Positions 48,430-60,399 of a DNA stretch of 64,000 nt are shown one piece after another. Numbering within the stretch: the stretch's first letter is position 1; every line of letters begins with the position of its first letter. The notes under the pieces are model-generated. The model was not told where the DNA came from. It was given only the letters and a program-made list of their open reading frames with translations, and made no database searches. The DNA is from Klebsormidium nitens. Taxonomy: Eukaryota; Plantae; Klebsormidiophyceae. A program made the position numbers and the translations under genes. The stretch covers positions 41,865 to 105,864 of the forward strand of contig DF237261.1 of NCBI GenBank assembly GCA_000708835.1. The letters run 5' to 3'.

Positions 48430-48870
48430 CGGTTGAGCGTTCAGTCGAGACTTGGCCCTTAATGGGCTGAAAGGGCCTTTCCCCCGGTCGCGAACGCCCG
48501 GCTACGTAAGTCGGAAGCCTCCTGCCTGCTTACGTGGTTTGAGCTACGTGGTTTTTCCTAACCGTCTCAACCGCCGGGCCACGTAAGTGGGCCTCCGGCA
48601 CCGACTGAAGGCCCAATATCTAGCAGGGGGCTCCGGCCCCATATTCCTCTACGGCACTTGGTCCCTAGTTCCGTCAGATTGACGGTTTTCGCTGCAAGGC
48701 TCGCCCGCGGCGCTCAATCGACGCCGTCGATGAGTCATTCGGCACAAGCGCGCATCCTGAGCCGTCCAGATAGTGCCGTTCAACTGTTGGTGGCCAACTA
48801 AAAGGGGCGGTCTCGTAGGGTATTCAATCCAAAACCGGCCCGAGAGCGTCAAGCCGGTTCTTTGCCTCCG
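48430..48870. promoter_or_regulatory. Putative divergent promoter between the KDZ gene and the ATPase gene; four ACGT-core boxes and GGCCCA/TGGGCC site-II-like motifs
   Basis: ctacgtaag, ttacgtgg, ctacgtgg and ccacgtaag within ~100 bp; gtgggcc and ggcccaat. Position lies between two divergent starts. Confidence 0.4.
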
Positions 48871-49229
48871 GCATCTTTGCGTCTGTCCACACCAGTCAAA
48901 TATTTGAGAGTTGGGGGAGAGACGCTGTTTCTCAGTTTCTCAACTTTCTGGCTGAGATGTGGTTTCTGGCTCAGGACCCCATTTCAAACATTTGATCCTG
49001 TTGATCAGCTCCGTTCGCTTGCAGCATGCTCTGTAGCCCTTGTTCACGCTTGCTTGAGCAATGCTACTGGTGAGGTCGGCGTTATACTGCTGGTGCTGAC
49101 CATACCCCACCACTTCCTGCAATTCCTGCACGAAATGCTTTGCGAAGTATTAGCGGAAGGCGGCACGGCATACAACGGTACTCCACCATCGATCATCGAT
49201 CATGTAATGCGATTCCCAAAAGCGCTGAG

Positions 49230-52200
49230 ATGCCAGCTCCCACGGATCAGCCAGCCCGCCCCGAAAGGCCCGGCGCCCTTCTTCCGCTCCTAAACGGAGT
49301 TCTTGCCACCACTCTTACTTTCACATTCGGTGTCCTAGGACTGATCAACAACTGGCGCGTTCCGCAGCTCCCCCACTTGTTCTTTGGCCTGCTGACGTCA
49401 TCAGCAGTGTCAGCATTGCTCACGACGCCCCTGGTCTTAGAATGGCTGGGAAGGAGGGGGCGCCGGAGGGCTGCGCCGGTGGCGGTCAAGCGGCCCCAAT
49501 TTGGTTCGCCCCCGGCGCAACAGGTGAGACTCAATGCTTGCCACAGCTTCATAACATTGTGTCCACCAGCATTTGTCCACCAGGTCCCAACAAGGGGCAG
49601 TGTTCTTTCTTTCAACCAGTGGGAATTGCCCCTTGACGAGTTCAGCAGTGGCCGGATTGCCCCTGTCTTTGCCAAGGACCTGGAATTTCTTAATGCTGTT
49701 TGCACGGGCAGCTCCCAAAAGTTTTATGTGAGCTCAAATGCCTTTTGGCCTAGTAGTGTGGGGGCATTGTGGAGGACGAGGCTTTGTATGCAGTCCAGTC
49801 GTTGCTTGCAAGCTGATTATGTTGCAGGCCTGGATAAGCTGTCTTTGGTACGCTTCTCTATTGCTGCACTCGGTCTGCTTCTGACCTAATCAATGACTGT
49901 ATGTCAATATGTACTATCTGGTGAGGACGCCGCGTGCATTTAACTCACCTTGCTGGCTCCGATGGTCCTTTCTCTTGAGAGCAATTTACTCCTCGGGCTA
50001 GCCTTTTGTTGGGGCACTTGATTAAGCAAGCAATCAATCTGATTACATCGACTTTGTCCAGATCAGATTCAAAGCAGATGCTCCACTTCGAATAATCTCA
50101 CTTTATTGACAGACTCGACACCATGGATGGCTATCTAATTCTCTGAGAGGGCCTGATTCAACCCTTCGAGCCTATGCATGGATGTTTGAACGACGAAGTT
50201 TCGATGAAAGCAAGTGCCAGTCAAGTGTCAATCCCTCATCGTCTCCTTGTAGTTGGTCACTGCCGTGTGCGCCTCTCTGGACGTTGCCCCCGCCAGCGGG
50301 CTGCCCCTCTCGGTTGCTGAGGCGCGGTTGCGCGAGTACGGTCCAAATGCGGTGGACCTGGGCAAAGGGCCTGGCTACTGGGCGTTCTTCTTCAAGGAGA
50401 TCTATGAACCGCCTCAGGTAGGGAGTCACAGCACCTTTTGAAGTGCCTGCCAGTTGTAGTCCTGTGCGAGCTTCCGATCTTGAAGCTTGTCGAAAGCCAA
50501 CAATGAATGGCCCGAAGAGCAGCTGGGACCTAAAGATGTTTCTTGGTTCGGTGCAACCCCGTCAGCTTAGCGCAGAGGCTGTGGCAAGGTTCCGAAGATG
50601 TCAACAATGTGACGAGGGTGCCGTCCGAGTTTCCCCATCCTTTTCTTGAATAATTCCTTGTCCCAAAACCAGGCTTTTCTGTGGACGAACGTGAGGAGAG
50701 GCTTTCCAATCTTATGAGTTCGACCTGCCAGAACTTCTCAGCGTGGCGAAGTTTTGAGGTCGTTGAAATCTTCTCCTTGTTCTATTTGAAGCCCAACCAG
50801 CAGAGTGGGCTCCCTTTGAGTTTGGTGAATGCATTCCCCTGCTTGCAATCTATTGTAAGTCTTAAGCACTAACTGGATATGCCCCGTTACCATTGTAGGA
50901 TGTGCTAGGAGCTTCGCTTTGGTACCTTTACACTAAAAGGCCCCCACGTTCGGCTCGTTGTTGGCCCCCTGTTGGAGATCCTGGCCAATCAAGTGGTTGA
51001 AACTCGTAGTCCTCAAAAGCTTTCCCCCTTCGGAGCTCCCATCATTCGTTTGATCAGTACATTCCTGGAATCTTAAAAACGCTTTGTCATGTCGCAACAT
51101 CATCGAAAACGTTGCGATATCTACTTCGCAAACCCTTTGTTTCCAGTTGCTGTCGCTTGATGTGAACATCCTGTCTGTGCTGTGCGGCGGCCTGGCCAGA
51201 GACGCAAGTGGCTTTTGCCGCCATTCCCCTTATATAAGCTGCACAGATCTACACGCACTGGCGTGCAGTTGAGCATGGGCCCGTGAAACGCCAAGACCTC
51301 AACCCCCGAGACGCATAATTTGCAAAGCCAGAAAACTTCGAAGGTTAAGTCCCTTTGAAATTAACAGATATGAAGCCATAAAATTGCAAAAGCCCTTTTT
51401 GCAGCTGCTGCTCCTGGGTGTGGGCGTCCTATACGCGCTGTTCGGCGGGCTGTCCGAAGCCGCCACCGCTTTTGCCGTCATTATCCTCATGGCGACCGCC
51501 GAAGTGTTCACGGAGTGGCGCGCCAAGCGCGCGGTGGGCGCACTCGCGAGCAGCACGCCCAAGTATGCGCGTGTGCGGAGGGGGGGCCGAACGCTGGAGA
51601 TTGGGAGGACGGACGTCGTGCCGGGAGACGTAGTTTTGCTGAAGGCGGGAGATGTGAGCGCTGCTGACGCTGTATGCTGAGTTCAGCAGTTCTGGAGCCG
51701 TTTCCCGGTGGCAATTTGGGATTATCTTTATATTAAATTGGATCTTTATTACGAAGTCCGCTTTGCAAACCCGTACGAAACCTGGGAATCTTTTGAAAGC
51801 CATTGGTGGCATCGGATTGTGGAGTTCAAAAGACCAATTGCGGACGCACAGTGCATCATGCGTTGCTTGGACATCGTTTGTCTTCCCACGAAGACAGCAA
51901 CCCCGTGTAGCAGTTCTGACCCGCGTCTCGTCATAGCCCCTCACCACTCAACAAAATATCCCTGTCCTTAACCCGCTTCGTAACATTTCTTTTAGGAAAT
52001 CCCCGCGGACCTCCGTCTCCTCGACACGCTCTTCCTCGAAATCGACGAGTCGTCTCTGAGCGGCGAACCGGCGCCCGTTCCAAAGGACGCCTCTGCCGTA
52101 CAGAGCCCGGGGGAAGACCCCGGGCTTCTGGACTGCCCAGGTACTTCTCGATCCACCAAAACAGGAAGCCAAGTGAACGGTATACCCTCAACCTAAATAA

Positions 52201-55200
52201 AAGCTGAAGTAGAAGGCTTGGGCAATTCGAGCCACTCCTGTGCTCACTCTAACCCCCTAGCTAACCCCGCTGGTTCTTGCACTGTCTTCTCTTTGGTCAC
52301 TGAATTTATCATCGATTGGGATGTTGCGGAGGGTGGCCCTCGTGTTGACGTTTATTATCCGGGGGAAAGGGACTTTCAAGTCTTAACATAGTTTCCAATA
52401 CTTTAAAACCCTTTTGTGTTGCCCGGGTGTGGCTTTCGTTGGGGACGACAACCCGGGAGAAGAGAGCTTCCAAACCTCTGGATTTCAAGACTTTAAAACC
52501 CTTCTGCACTGCTCAGGGATGGCCATAGCGGGAACGGTGGTTACCCGGGGCAAGGGAACCGGGGTGGCTGTTTCGACCGGGGGAGCGACGGCGATGGGCG
52601 GAATGATGGCGCTGGTCAAGAAGGCGAAAGAGAAGAAAACGCCGCTGCAGGCACTGCTGAAACAGGTGGGCAGGCGGCAGCGGCTCGAACGTTAGGAAAA
52701 TTCGATCAGCATGCCGCACAGTCTAGGCGTCGGTATCGAAACTGGAGTCGAAGGGTCTCCATCTGGGTTTTAAAGGCATGGACTATTCGGAAAGCTGCGT
52801 TGACTAAACTGTGGGCGTGGTGATGCGGTTGGCTACGACAAACTTGAAGATTGGAGCGACTGCACTCTTGCTGTCAGGTCTGATAACAAAGAGAAGCTCA
52901 GATATCTTCAAATGAGGACCCAGGAAGCGCAGGACGGAATCGAGCTGGGAATTGGACGTCCTCTTCTATCCTGCCGGAGACATAAAAGTCAAGAAGTGCT
53001 GATACTCCGTCACGATCCAGCAATGAATCAACATTCTACCTTAACTGTCAGTGGAGAGTCGGAGCTGTGCAATACCTCTGAGAAACGAGTTCCTGCAAAC
53101 GCCGCCCTTTTGGATTTTGGAAAAGAACGAGAAAGGTCTGGAACTTTAAGGTTGTGGGGTTTAGGCCTTTACATAGGGGTTGAAGCTTTGGCGACAATTC
53201 GCTCTGTGCAGGTTGCGGGCACTCTGTCGCTGGTCGCCATCGGGTTGAGCGGCGGCGCGGCACTGGCGGGGCTGGTGCGCGGCCAGCCGTGGGAGACGGT
53301 GCTGCTCACGTTCCTGAGCCTGCTCTTTGCGACGATCCCGGAAGAGCTCCCCATCCTCATTGCAGCCACGTTGGCAGTCAGCGCGCAGGTGGGGGACCCT
53401 TAAGGATTCGTGTGCAGAGGGTTCCCTGTTTTTGACGTTTTGAGCTCTCGACTGAGTGGCATAATAAAGGCTCCGCAGACTCAGACTTTGTGGGCTTTTG
53501 TCAATTCTTCACTCAGAACAAGATGCTTTCGGCCCCCTCTTCGTAGACCTTGGTTTACAGAAAACATATTTATAAGCCTGATACTTCAGAGGCAGTCTGC
53601 CGGTCTCGTTTTGTGACGGAAGGTGCGCGTGAAGAATGAAGTGCGGGTCATTTAAGCAGGGGTGATGCGGTTCTCGTGGTATATTCTTCCGTTCTTTCCG
53701 AAAAGCGGCCTCGGAATCTAGTCAGCACTGCGAGGCAGAGGCGGAGCTCTCAAGCAAATTGTTTGACAACGTACGCCGCAAGCGGATCTTGTCATCTCAA
53801 AACCCTCTTAGGAAATGTTCGCACGCTCAGGAATAGTAGAGTAACTGCACCGAAGAAGAACGCGACGTGTTGAGGTGCGAAGAAGCGAAGAGCAAAAGGC
53901 ACAGCCGACGTCTCCTCTGACGACGTGGATTGAGGAGAAAATTTGCATGCACGGAACATTGTCTCGCATCAGGTCCTCCCAGGAGCTGCAAAAAGGTGCC
54001 TGAAAATCTGCTGGAACCAACAATGAAGAAAAGTGATTCACCTGTAAGATTGAAGAAGCCGGATTGTCAGGATATGAAACGTCAGGTACCGAATCTCCCC
54101 TTTTTCGGAGCAGGCCCTGTCCTCCCGGAACATCTTCGTCAAGAAGCTGCGCGCCGCGGAGAGTTTGGCCTACGTGGACACAATCATCACCGACAAAACC
54201 GGCACGCTCACGCACAACCGGCTGCGCCTCACAGCCGCATGGGCGCCTGGAAAGGGTGACGTCAGCGGGACGTCGATGGCGGGAGGTAACGGAAACGGTA
54301 CGTCCTGGCATCTCGTGTCTTCTTTATATCATCCTCTTTGACCTGTCATATCTAAAAGGATGAGCCGACTGGTAAGTCGTCGTTGCGCGTTGCAGACTGA
54401 CGGCAGACTCTGCGAAACGTTTCTCAAGTTGCGGTAAGTGCAGAGGGCCAACCACGGAAAGATGCACTGTGGCAGCGCAATCCTTCGTTTTGCTGATGTG
54501 GGCAATTATTTGCAGCGTGAAGGTTCCTTTCCTTGCTGTTGCGTAGCCTGTGTTGCGCTCTCTTTAAAGCTTGACGTAAAGCCCACCACGTCTCACCACG
54601 TATGTTTTCAGATGAAGCGCAACGTGCTCGACGTTGGAACTCGGCTCTTTTGTCATCAACAAAATGTAGCGCCCACTAGCCCAACTCAATTTTGTCGAGG
54701 TGAGCTTCTGATTGCACCCACCGGCCCCGTGCAGGCAAGGCTGATAGTTGCGTCACCAATCTGATACGGGCGTGGCTATTCATGGCCGAGATCGGAGACG
54801 AATCTGACCATCTCTCGTCAGCGAATGGAAGTTCTCCTTTCGACACGGCCCCGCTCGAAGACTCGGTTCGAGATGCCGGTCCTCTTGACACTTTCGACTT
54901 GGCGCTGACGAAAGCGCTGAGCCGAGGTGTGCGCGCGAACATGGGCAGTGCGCTTTCCGTAAACAGTGTCGATGTTCAAGAGCTCTGGCGGGAAAAGCGG
55001 GCGGCGAACCTGACGGACGAGACGCCGTTTGACTCTGGGAGGAAGATGTCGTCACGGACGTTTGAAAGTAAAGACACCGAGGTCAGCAACCGTTATGGCC
55101 GTTTCTGGTTCCGTATGCTTGCTTCTTTTAGTTTCTAACGTCCATCGAGTTGCGAGTTCGGTCAGAATGACAAACCGAATCAAGCTTTTGCTGCTTTGGT

Positions 55201-58200
55201 ACCCATCCGACCGAGTTTGCGTACAAGCCGGTCCTTCTAAAAGAACCGTGTCCGTACACTCTTGTGATATTTTCGTTACCGGTAGCTATCTTCCATGTAT
55301 CTTTGCTTGACTCGGTGTGCCAGATTGGTCGTAGGATGCGGAAATGCGCGGAAGGTTGTCCACAGCTTGTCTGCTCTGAAGAAAGCAGATCAACGTCAGA
55401 TATTCCTTCTTCTTGATCCGTGACTGACACTATGTGCTTAGTTGAATAGAAGCCCACCGTATCTTTGCGTTGGCCAGAGCTGCCCGGCCGCTTTGGGCGA
55501 CCGTACATGTCAAAACACCTGATGAATGGTCGCCTTTTCTCAGGAAGGGACGAGAAGCACCGTGTTTCTCAAGGGCGCCCCCGAACGCCTGCTTGAGCGA
55601 TGTCGAGAGATGGCGTCAAACGGGGAGGCAACTCGAGAGATCGAGAGAGCGGCGAAAGCAGGTCAGCAGAGAATCCCCATGCTCCGGTATGGTGAAGTCG
55701 GTAAAGAGTTGGTGTTGATAAGTACCCTGCACTCGACGAGGTTTACATGCTCTGCGTGACGTTTGCATGAGGTCAGCTCAGACGCGGCATGTCTGTGCCT
55801 TTCAAAGCCCCGTACTCATGACGCCGTCAATTCAGCAAATGCTCGTTGACAGATCCACAAGTCCTTTCTTGGAGCAAAACCAATCATTTCCCGCTTCGAC
55901 AGTGCACTGCCGGGTCAAGGAGTCTCCGACCGCGTTCATTCTTACCAAGTTCTCTTCGCTCCCATCCTTTTCCGTCTCAAGGCTTCCTTTTCAAGCGCTC
56001 AAATGCTCTTTTGCTGCGTTTGACACTCTTCCCTCCAACTTTCAGGCCTCCGCCTCATAGGCTATGCTTCATCTGACGTCAGCGAAAACGGACCGTTTGA
56101 TTTCCTGGGCTTCCTGGCGTTCGAGGACCCTGTAAGAGCCGACGCGGCAGCCGCAGTCGCGCTCTGCGAAGGCGCGGGCATCCGCGTCATTGTTGCCAGC
56201 GGGGATCACGTCAGTACGGTCGCGACCGCGGCAGTGCAGGTGGGGGTTTTGAAAACTGGGAAACTCAGATAAGTCGTTGGATTTTGAAATTTGAGTTGCG
56301 TCGATAGATCCGGTAAAACTTGGTCAAGTGTTCGGGTTTTGATGGTCTTGAACCGTGTCAAACAAATCTGGTTATTTTGAAAGCTTCCTCTTGCATGGGA
56401 TAGCGTAGTAGACGTTGCACCGCGCTAGAGAAGTTAGTTCGAAGTCCGTATAGCCTCACATGAGACTCTCTCTAGATGCTCGCCGGCGCTGATCATAGAC
56501 GCTGAGAATATATCTCAGCAAGCAAAACTAGTTCTGCTTACTCCAGTAAACCAATTAGCGGATTGAGAGCAATTGCGAGGATTCTGATGACATCATTCTA
56601 CTGCAGGTGGGCATCGGTGCCCGCTCCGCCGACGACATCGAGTCCGGAACGGCCTGCCCCGCCGTCGACTGCCAGGCCGCTTCTCTGGGCAACCTCTCCA
56701 GTGACCAGGTGCAGGAGTTGGTCGCGGAGAACCGAGTGTTTGGGCGGGCCACGCCGGCCGACAAGCTGAGGCTGCTGACCGCTCTTCAGGAGAAGGGCCA
56801 CGTGGTGCTGACGACCGGGGACGGCACGAATGATGCACCCATCCTGGCCACTGCTGACGTGGGTGAGGATGAAACTGCGTCGGCTACTGAGTGCAACTTT
56901 GCAACGAAACTCGTTTGATGTGCTAAACCGAATTCCCAGGTTTTCTTAGAACTGAGCGATATTCCGACGACCTGGTAACGAGGTGGATTCTCGCCACCCC
57001 ATGATGACGTAGGCGAGAACGAGGTATTGATGTCGGCATGATGCCTCTCCAGGTATCGCAGAAGCCGCTATTGAGTATAGAGACGTTGATTTATCAACGA
57101 TGACTGTGTGCAAACCCTTGCGGCAGACTGCCGCAATCCCTCGCCAGTACGTGGGACCACACACATTTGCCTTTTCGGGAGGGAAGTGAAGTTCTGCCCT
57201 TCAGGAACGAAAGAAGGCTAGGCTTTGAACGGTCCACGATCACCACGGTCCAACATTGAAGAGGTATCCACACTCCGGCACCCTGGAGGGACCGAAGACA
57301 ATTCCCGTACGCGTCAACTCCTATTTCCCGCTCCTGCCTTGGTGTCCTTTCTTGGATGTTTTAACCCGCCCGCTGTTTCCGCTGCAGGCCTGGCGATGGG
57401 TCGCGGCACGGATGTGGCGCGCGCGGCGTGCAGCATCGTGCTGGTGGATGACGCCTTTGCTGGCGTCACGGACGCGCTGCGCGAGGGCCGCCGCATGTTC
57501 GCCAACCTGCGCAAGGCGCTCGCCTTCTACCTGGGCGCCAAGGCGGGGCTGCTCGCCATTTTTGCAGCTGGTGGGCCGCTCAAATATCTGCAACCTGGGT
57601 TTCCAGGTTTCAGCTGAGCTGCTTTCCGTGTCGGATAACGGAAAGTGGACACACTTGGACACCCCAACTCGACCTTTAATCGCTTGAAGCTTAGTACAGC
57701 GGCTTTGCCACGGCTTTGAAATTGATTGAAAGCATTGCTCAGACGTTGGAAGTGTGCCCGTTCCGTTCTGAGCTTCCGTCCTTGTGCTTCGACAAGGGTG
57801 CGCTTGAAAAGCCTTTCCGACGTGGTGTTTGACGCCTTTCCACTTAGAGCTTTGTAAGGACGCACTGCAAGCTCTTTGCTGACAGTGTGGCATCTCGTCT
57901 CGAGCGCCGCGGCCCCTCCTCCGAGCGATCATATGTCATCCCTTTGCGGCAATCTGCAAATCGCCCCCCGCTATCCGCTGCGCCGACTCCCCGGTATTCT
58001 TACCCCCCTCAATGCAAACCAGGGCTCTTATCATGCTCTGGATTGCCCCCTGTTCAACCCAGATTGTTGTCACTCGTTCAGGCAGCCTGGTCTCCCAGTT
58101 TCCGCTCCGCCCTCTCCACGTGATCCTGTTGGAGCTGTTTATGGACTTAGGCGCCAGCACTGCCTTCGTGTTGGAACCCGCCGACGGTGACGCCAAGGGA

Positions 58201-59126
58201 CCGGCCCCCCCAGCGCGCGGCCGCGCGTTTCTTCGACAGGGAGATGCTGACGTGGATTGCGACGTCAGCGGGCTGCATGGCGGGATGCGTGCTTGCGTGC
58301 TATGGCTACGGGCTGGCGCGGGTGAGGGGTTTCGCTTCAGCGGCGGGTTTGTGGGGTGGCACTTTGCGGCTTGCGCGGACTCAAAAGGTCGCGCGAGAGG
58401 GGGAATGCCATGCAGAGTGCATTTTTCGGGCGCAACTTGGCTATTCAGAAGTCGCCCCTGCAAGCGGTTGGGGGCCGGCACGACGATCCTGTCGTGAAAG
58501 CATTTTCTTGGTGTCCACCGCCAACTATTTTTAGGAGCGCACACCCGAAACTTTGCTGACTGGTCTCTTTAAGGGCTTCTTACAAAGTGGGCTCACGTCG
58601 TCTTCATCTAGTCAAATGCGGCGAGACGCCGGGGCGGGCCAAGAGGGGAATGCGAAAAGTCCGTCAGCTGTGTCCGTTGGTGATCGCGGGTCGCTTCGTA
58701 CCTCTTTTACGAAAATTGCGAGCAAACGAATTTGCTCTAACGTCTTTTTTCTCCCCTCTCTAGTTGGACGCCTCATCCGCCCAAACCCTCGCCTTCCTTG
58801 CCTGGCTGTGCGGCCACGTGCTGCTCGCGCTCAACATGCGCACCTTGCGCGAGCCCCTTTTTCTGAAGGGCCTCCTCTCAAACCCGGGCATGGTTCTCTG
58901 GTTCGTGGCGGCGTTTGCGCTTGCGGCGGGGTGCGTGTTTGTGCGGCCGTTAGCGGACGTGTTAAAGCTCGCGCAACTGGATGCTAGGAGCGTTGGAGTG
59001 GTGCTAGGGAGTGCGCTATTGCTGACGTGTTGGATCGAGGTGGGGAAGCTGGCCACGTGGCACCGGTGGCGGCGGGGGAGAAGCGGGGCTGGGCAGGACA
59101 CGCTGAGGCAGCCACTTCTGCAATGA
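49230..59126 (+). CDS. P-type (type II-like) cation-transporting ATPase, 14 exons: 49230-49523, 50253-50417, 51405-51653, 51996-52140, 52517-52665, 53212-53388, 54114-54285, 54735-55081, 55544-55661, 56046-56239, 56607-56862, 57388-57570, 58082-58321 (+1 frameshift at ~58195-58211), 58764-59126
   Basis: GL...[24 protein letters not shown], phosphorylation site [49 protein letters not shown]. Exons are in phase except for the one shift. Confidence 0.9.
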
Positions 59127-60399
59127 AGTGACGGGCTCGGGGGAACCACGCGGCACTTCATCCGTCAGGAACGGGGACACCACTTTTTTGTGAACGATCA
59201 ATCTAGCCTCCGTATATTGAGCGAGCGTGCGCTATTGTGTTGCGCTCGTTTGTCCCTTGATCACGTTCTACGTCAGAAACAGTACCTGGTGAAAGAGATC
59301 AGTCATAGCTCACATTTCTAGACATAGACTCATCTATGCTCGCCGCAACAAGCTTGCTGAGACCGTCACACCGCATGAGAAAGCGTGCACTCACTGAGTC
59401 AGGGTCACGCGTTGTTTGCAAGTGTGCCACGACAAGGCAACCGCGCAGTGCGGCATGCATTCCTGCATGCTTGTTCTTTCGATTATGCATATTGAATATA
59501 CTTGGTGAGGCGGCAGCCCATCCCGCATCAGCCTGTCATTGGCACGAACCCGGCGGGGCCCTCAACCAATTATGATATGCGGGACGGCCTATATCGCTCG
59601 ATGAGTCCGACGCCCACTCAACATACTCATCATGATTGACAACCATCAAAGAATGTGTAACTATGAGTCCGCGATTGCAACTTTCCAATTACCGTTTGAA
59701 GTATTCTAACCACGGCTTGCGGCCGGCCTAGCTACATACAATACTAGCCTGAGGCTAGCCTGCTCACCGCCATATGACATGCAATAAAACCCACTATACT
59801 AAAGGACCGGGAGTACGCGTAAATGTATGCACGCACTGCTTATTGTCTGCCACGATGCCAAGCTAGGACTATGATTTGGTAACGGTAAAGTACCTTGAAG
59901 CTCGCTCATGACCTTATCCTAGATACTAATTGGATATACTCGAACGTACGTACTGCCAACTTATGAGCTGGTTATGATATCCTATAGACAATTAAAGAAT
60001 TAGAGCTAATGTTTTGTCCTGAAGGAGCTAGAGCACCTGTACACGCCTTAAATAGCTAGCCTGATAACCGAAACCGTCAACTCGAGCTGTATATTGCACG
60101 CGATCTATAAACCCGGCATGGTGGTCACGGGCCTAATAACGTTGATACGATTGTTCAAATACCTTGATTTAACAGGTATTTTCTATAGGCACTGGCACAA
60201 TCGCACTTGCCCGTACTTGACGCATTAATATATCGTGATAGACATAACTAAAGTAATACAACGTACCTCGTAATCCAGCTAGCTTGTACACTTTCACCTC
60301 CTCTGCATCCATGCAGTTTCACCTCGTCAACAACCAACACTTATATAGACAATCAATTGGACCTACGCAACGGGACAACGGCGCTTCCCAGATCGAAGC

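Larger units (their letters stand above)
26200..48450. mobile_element. Virus-derived, capsid-less large element: PrimPol-UL9 helicase, ORFans, MC1-like gene, two tyrosine-recombinase-fold genes, Prim-Pol/D5 helicase and KDZ transposase; boundaries approximate (may extend left to ~19955)
   Basis: A contiguous run of replication, recombination and transposition genes typical of large DNA viruses and transposons, inserted between housekeeping genes. It has a compact intronless core and a shared private repeat family. No TIR or TSD was identified. Confidence 0.75.

Noticed and set aside
26200-48450. Complete endogenous virus or Polinton/PLV
   Set aside because: No recognisable major/minor capsid, packaging ATPase, protease, PolB or rve integrase in the block.
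19900-48900. Terminal inverted repeats or TSD delimiting the element
   Set aside because: I compared 19920-19990 and 26080-26260 with the reverse complement of 48400-48870 by eye and found only weak 8-10-bp matches.
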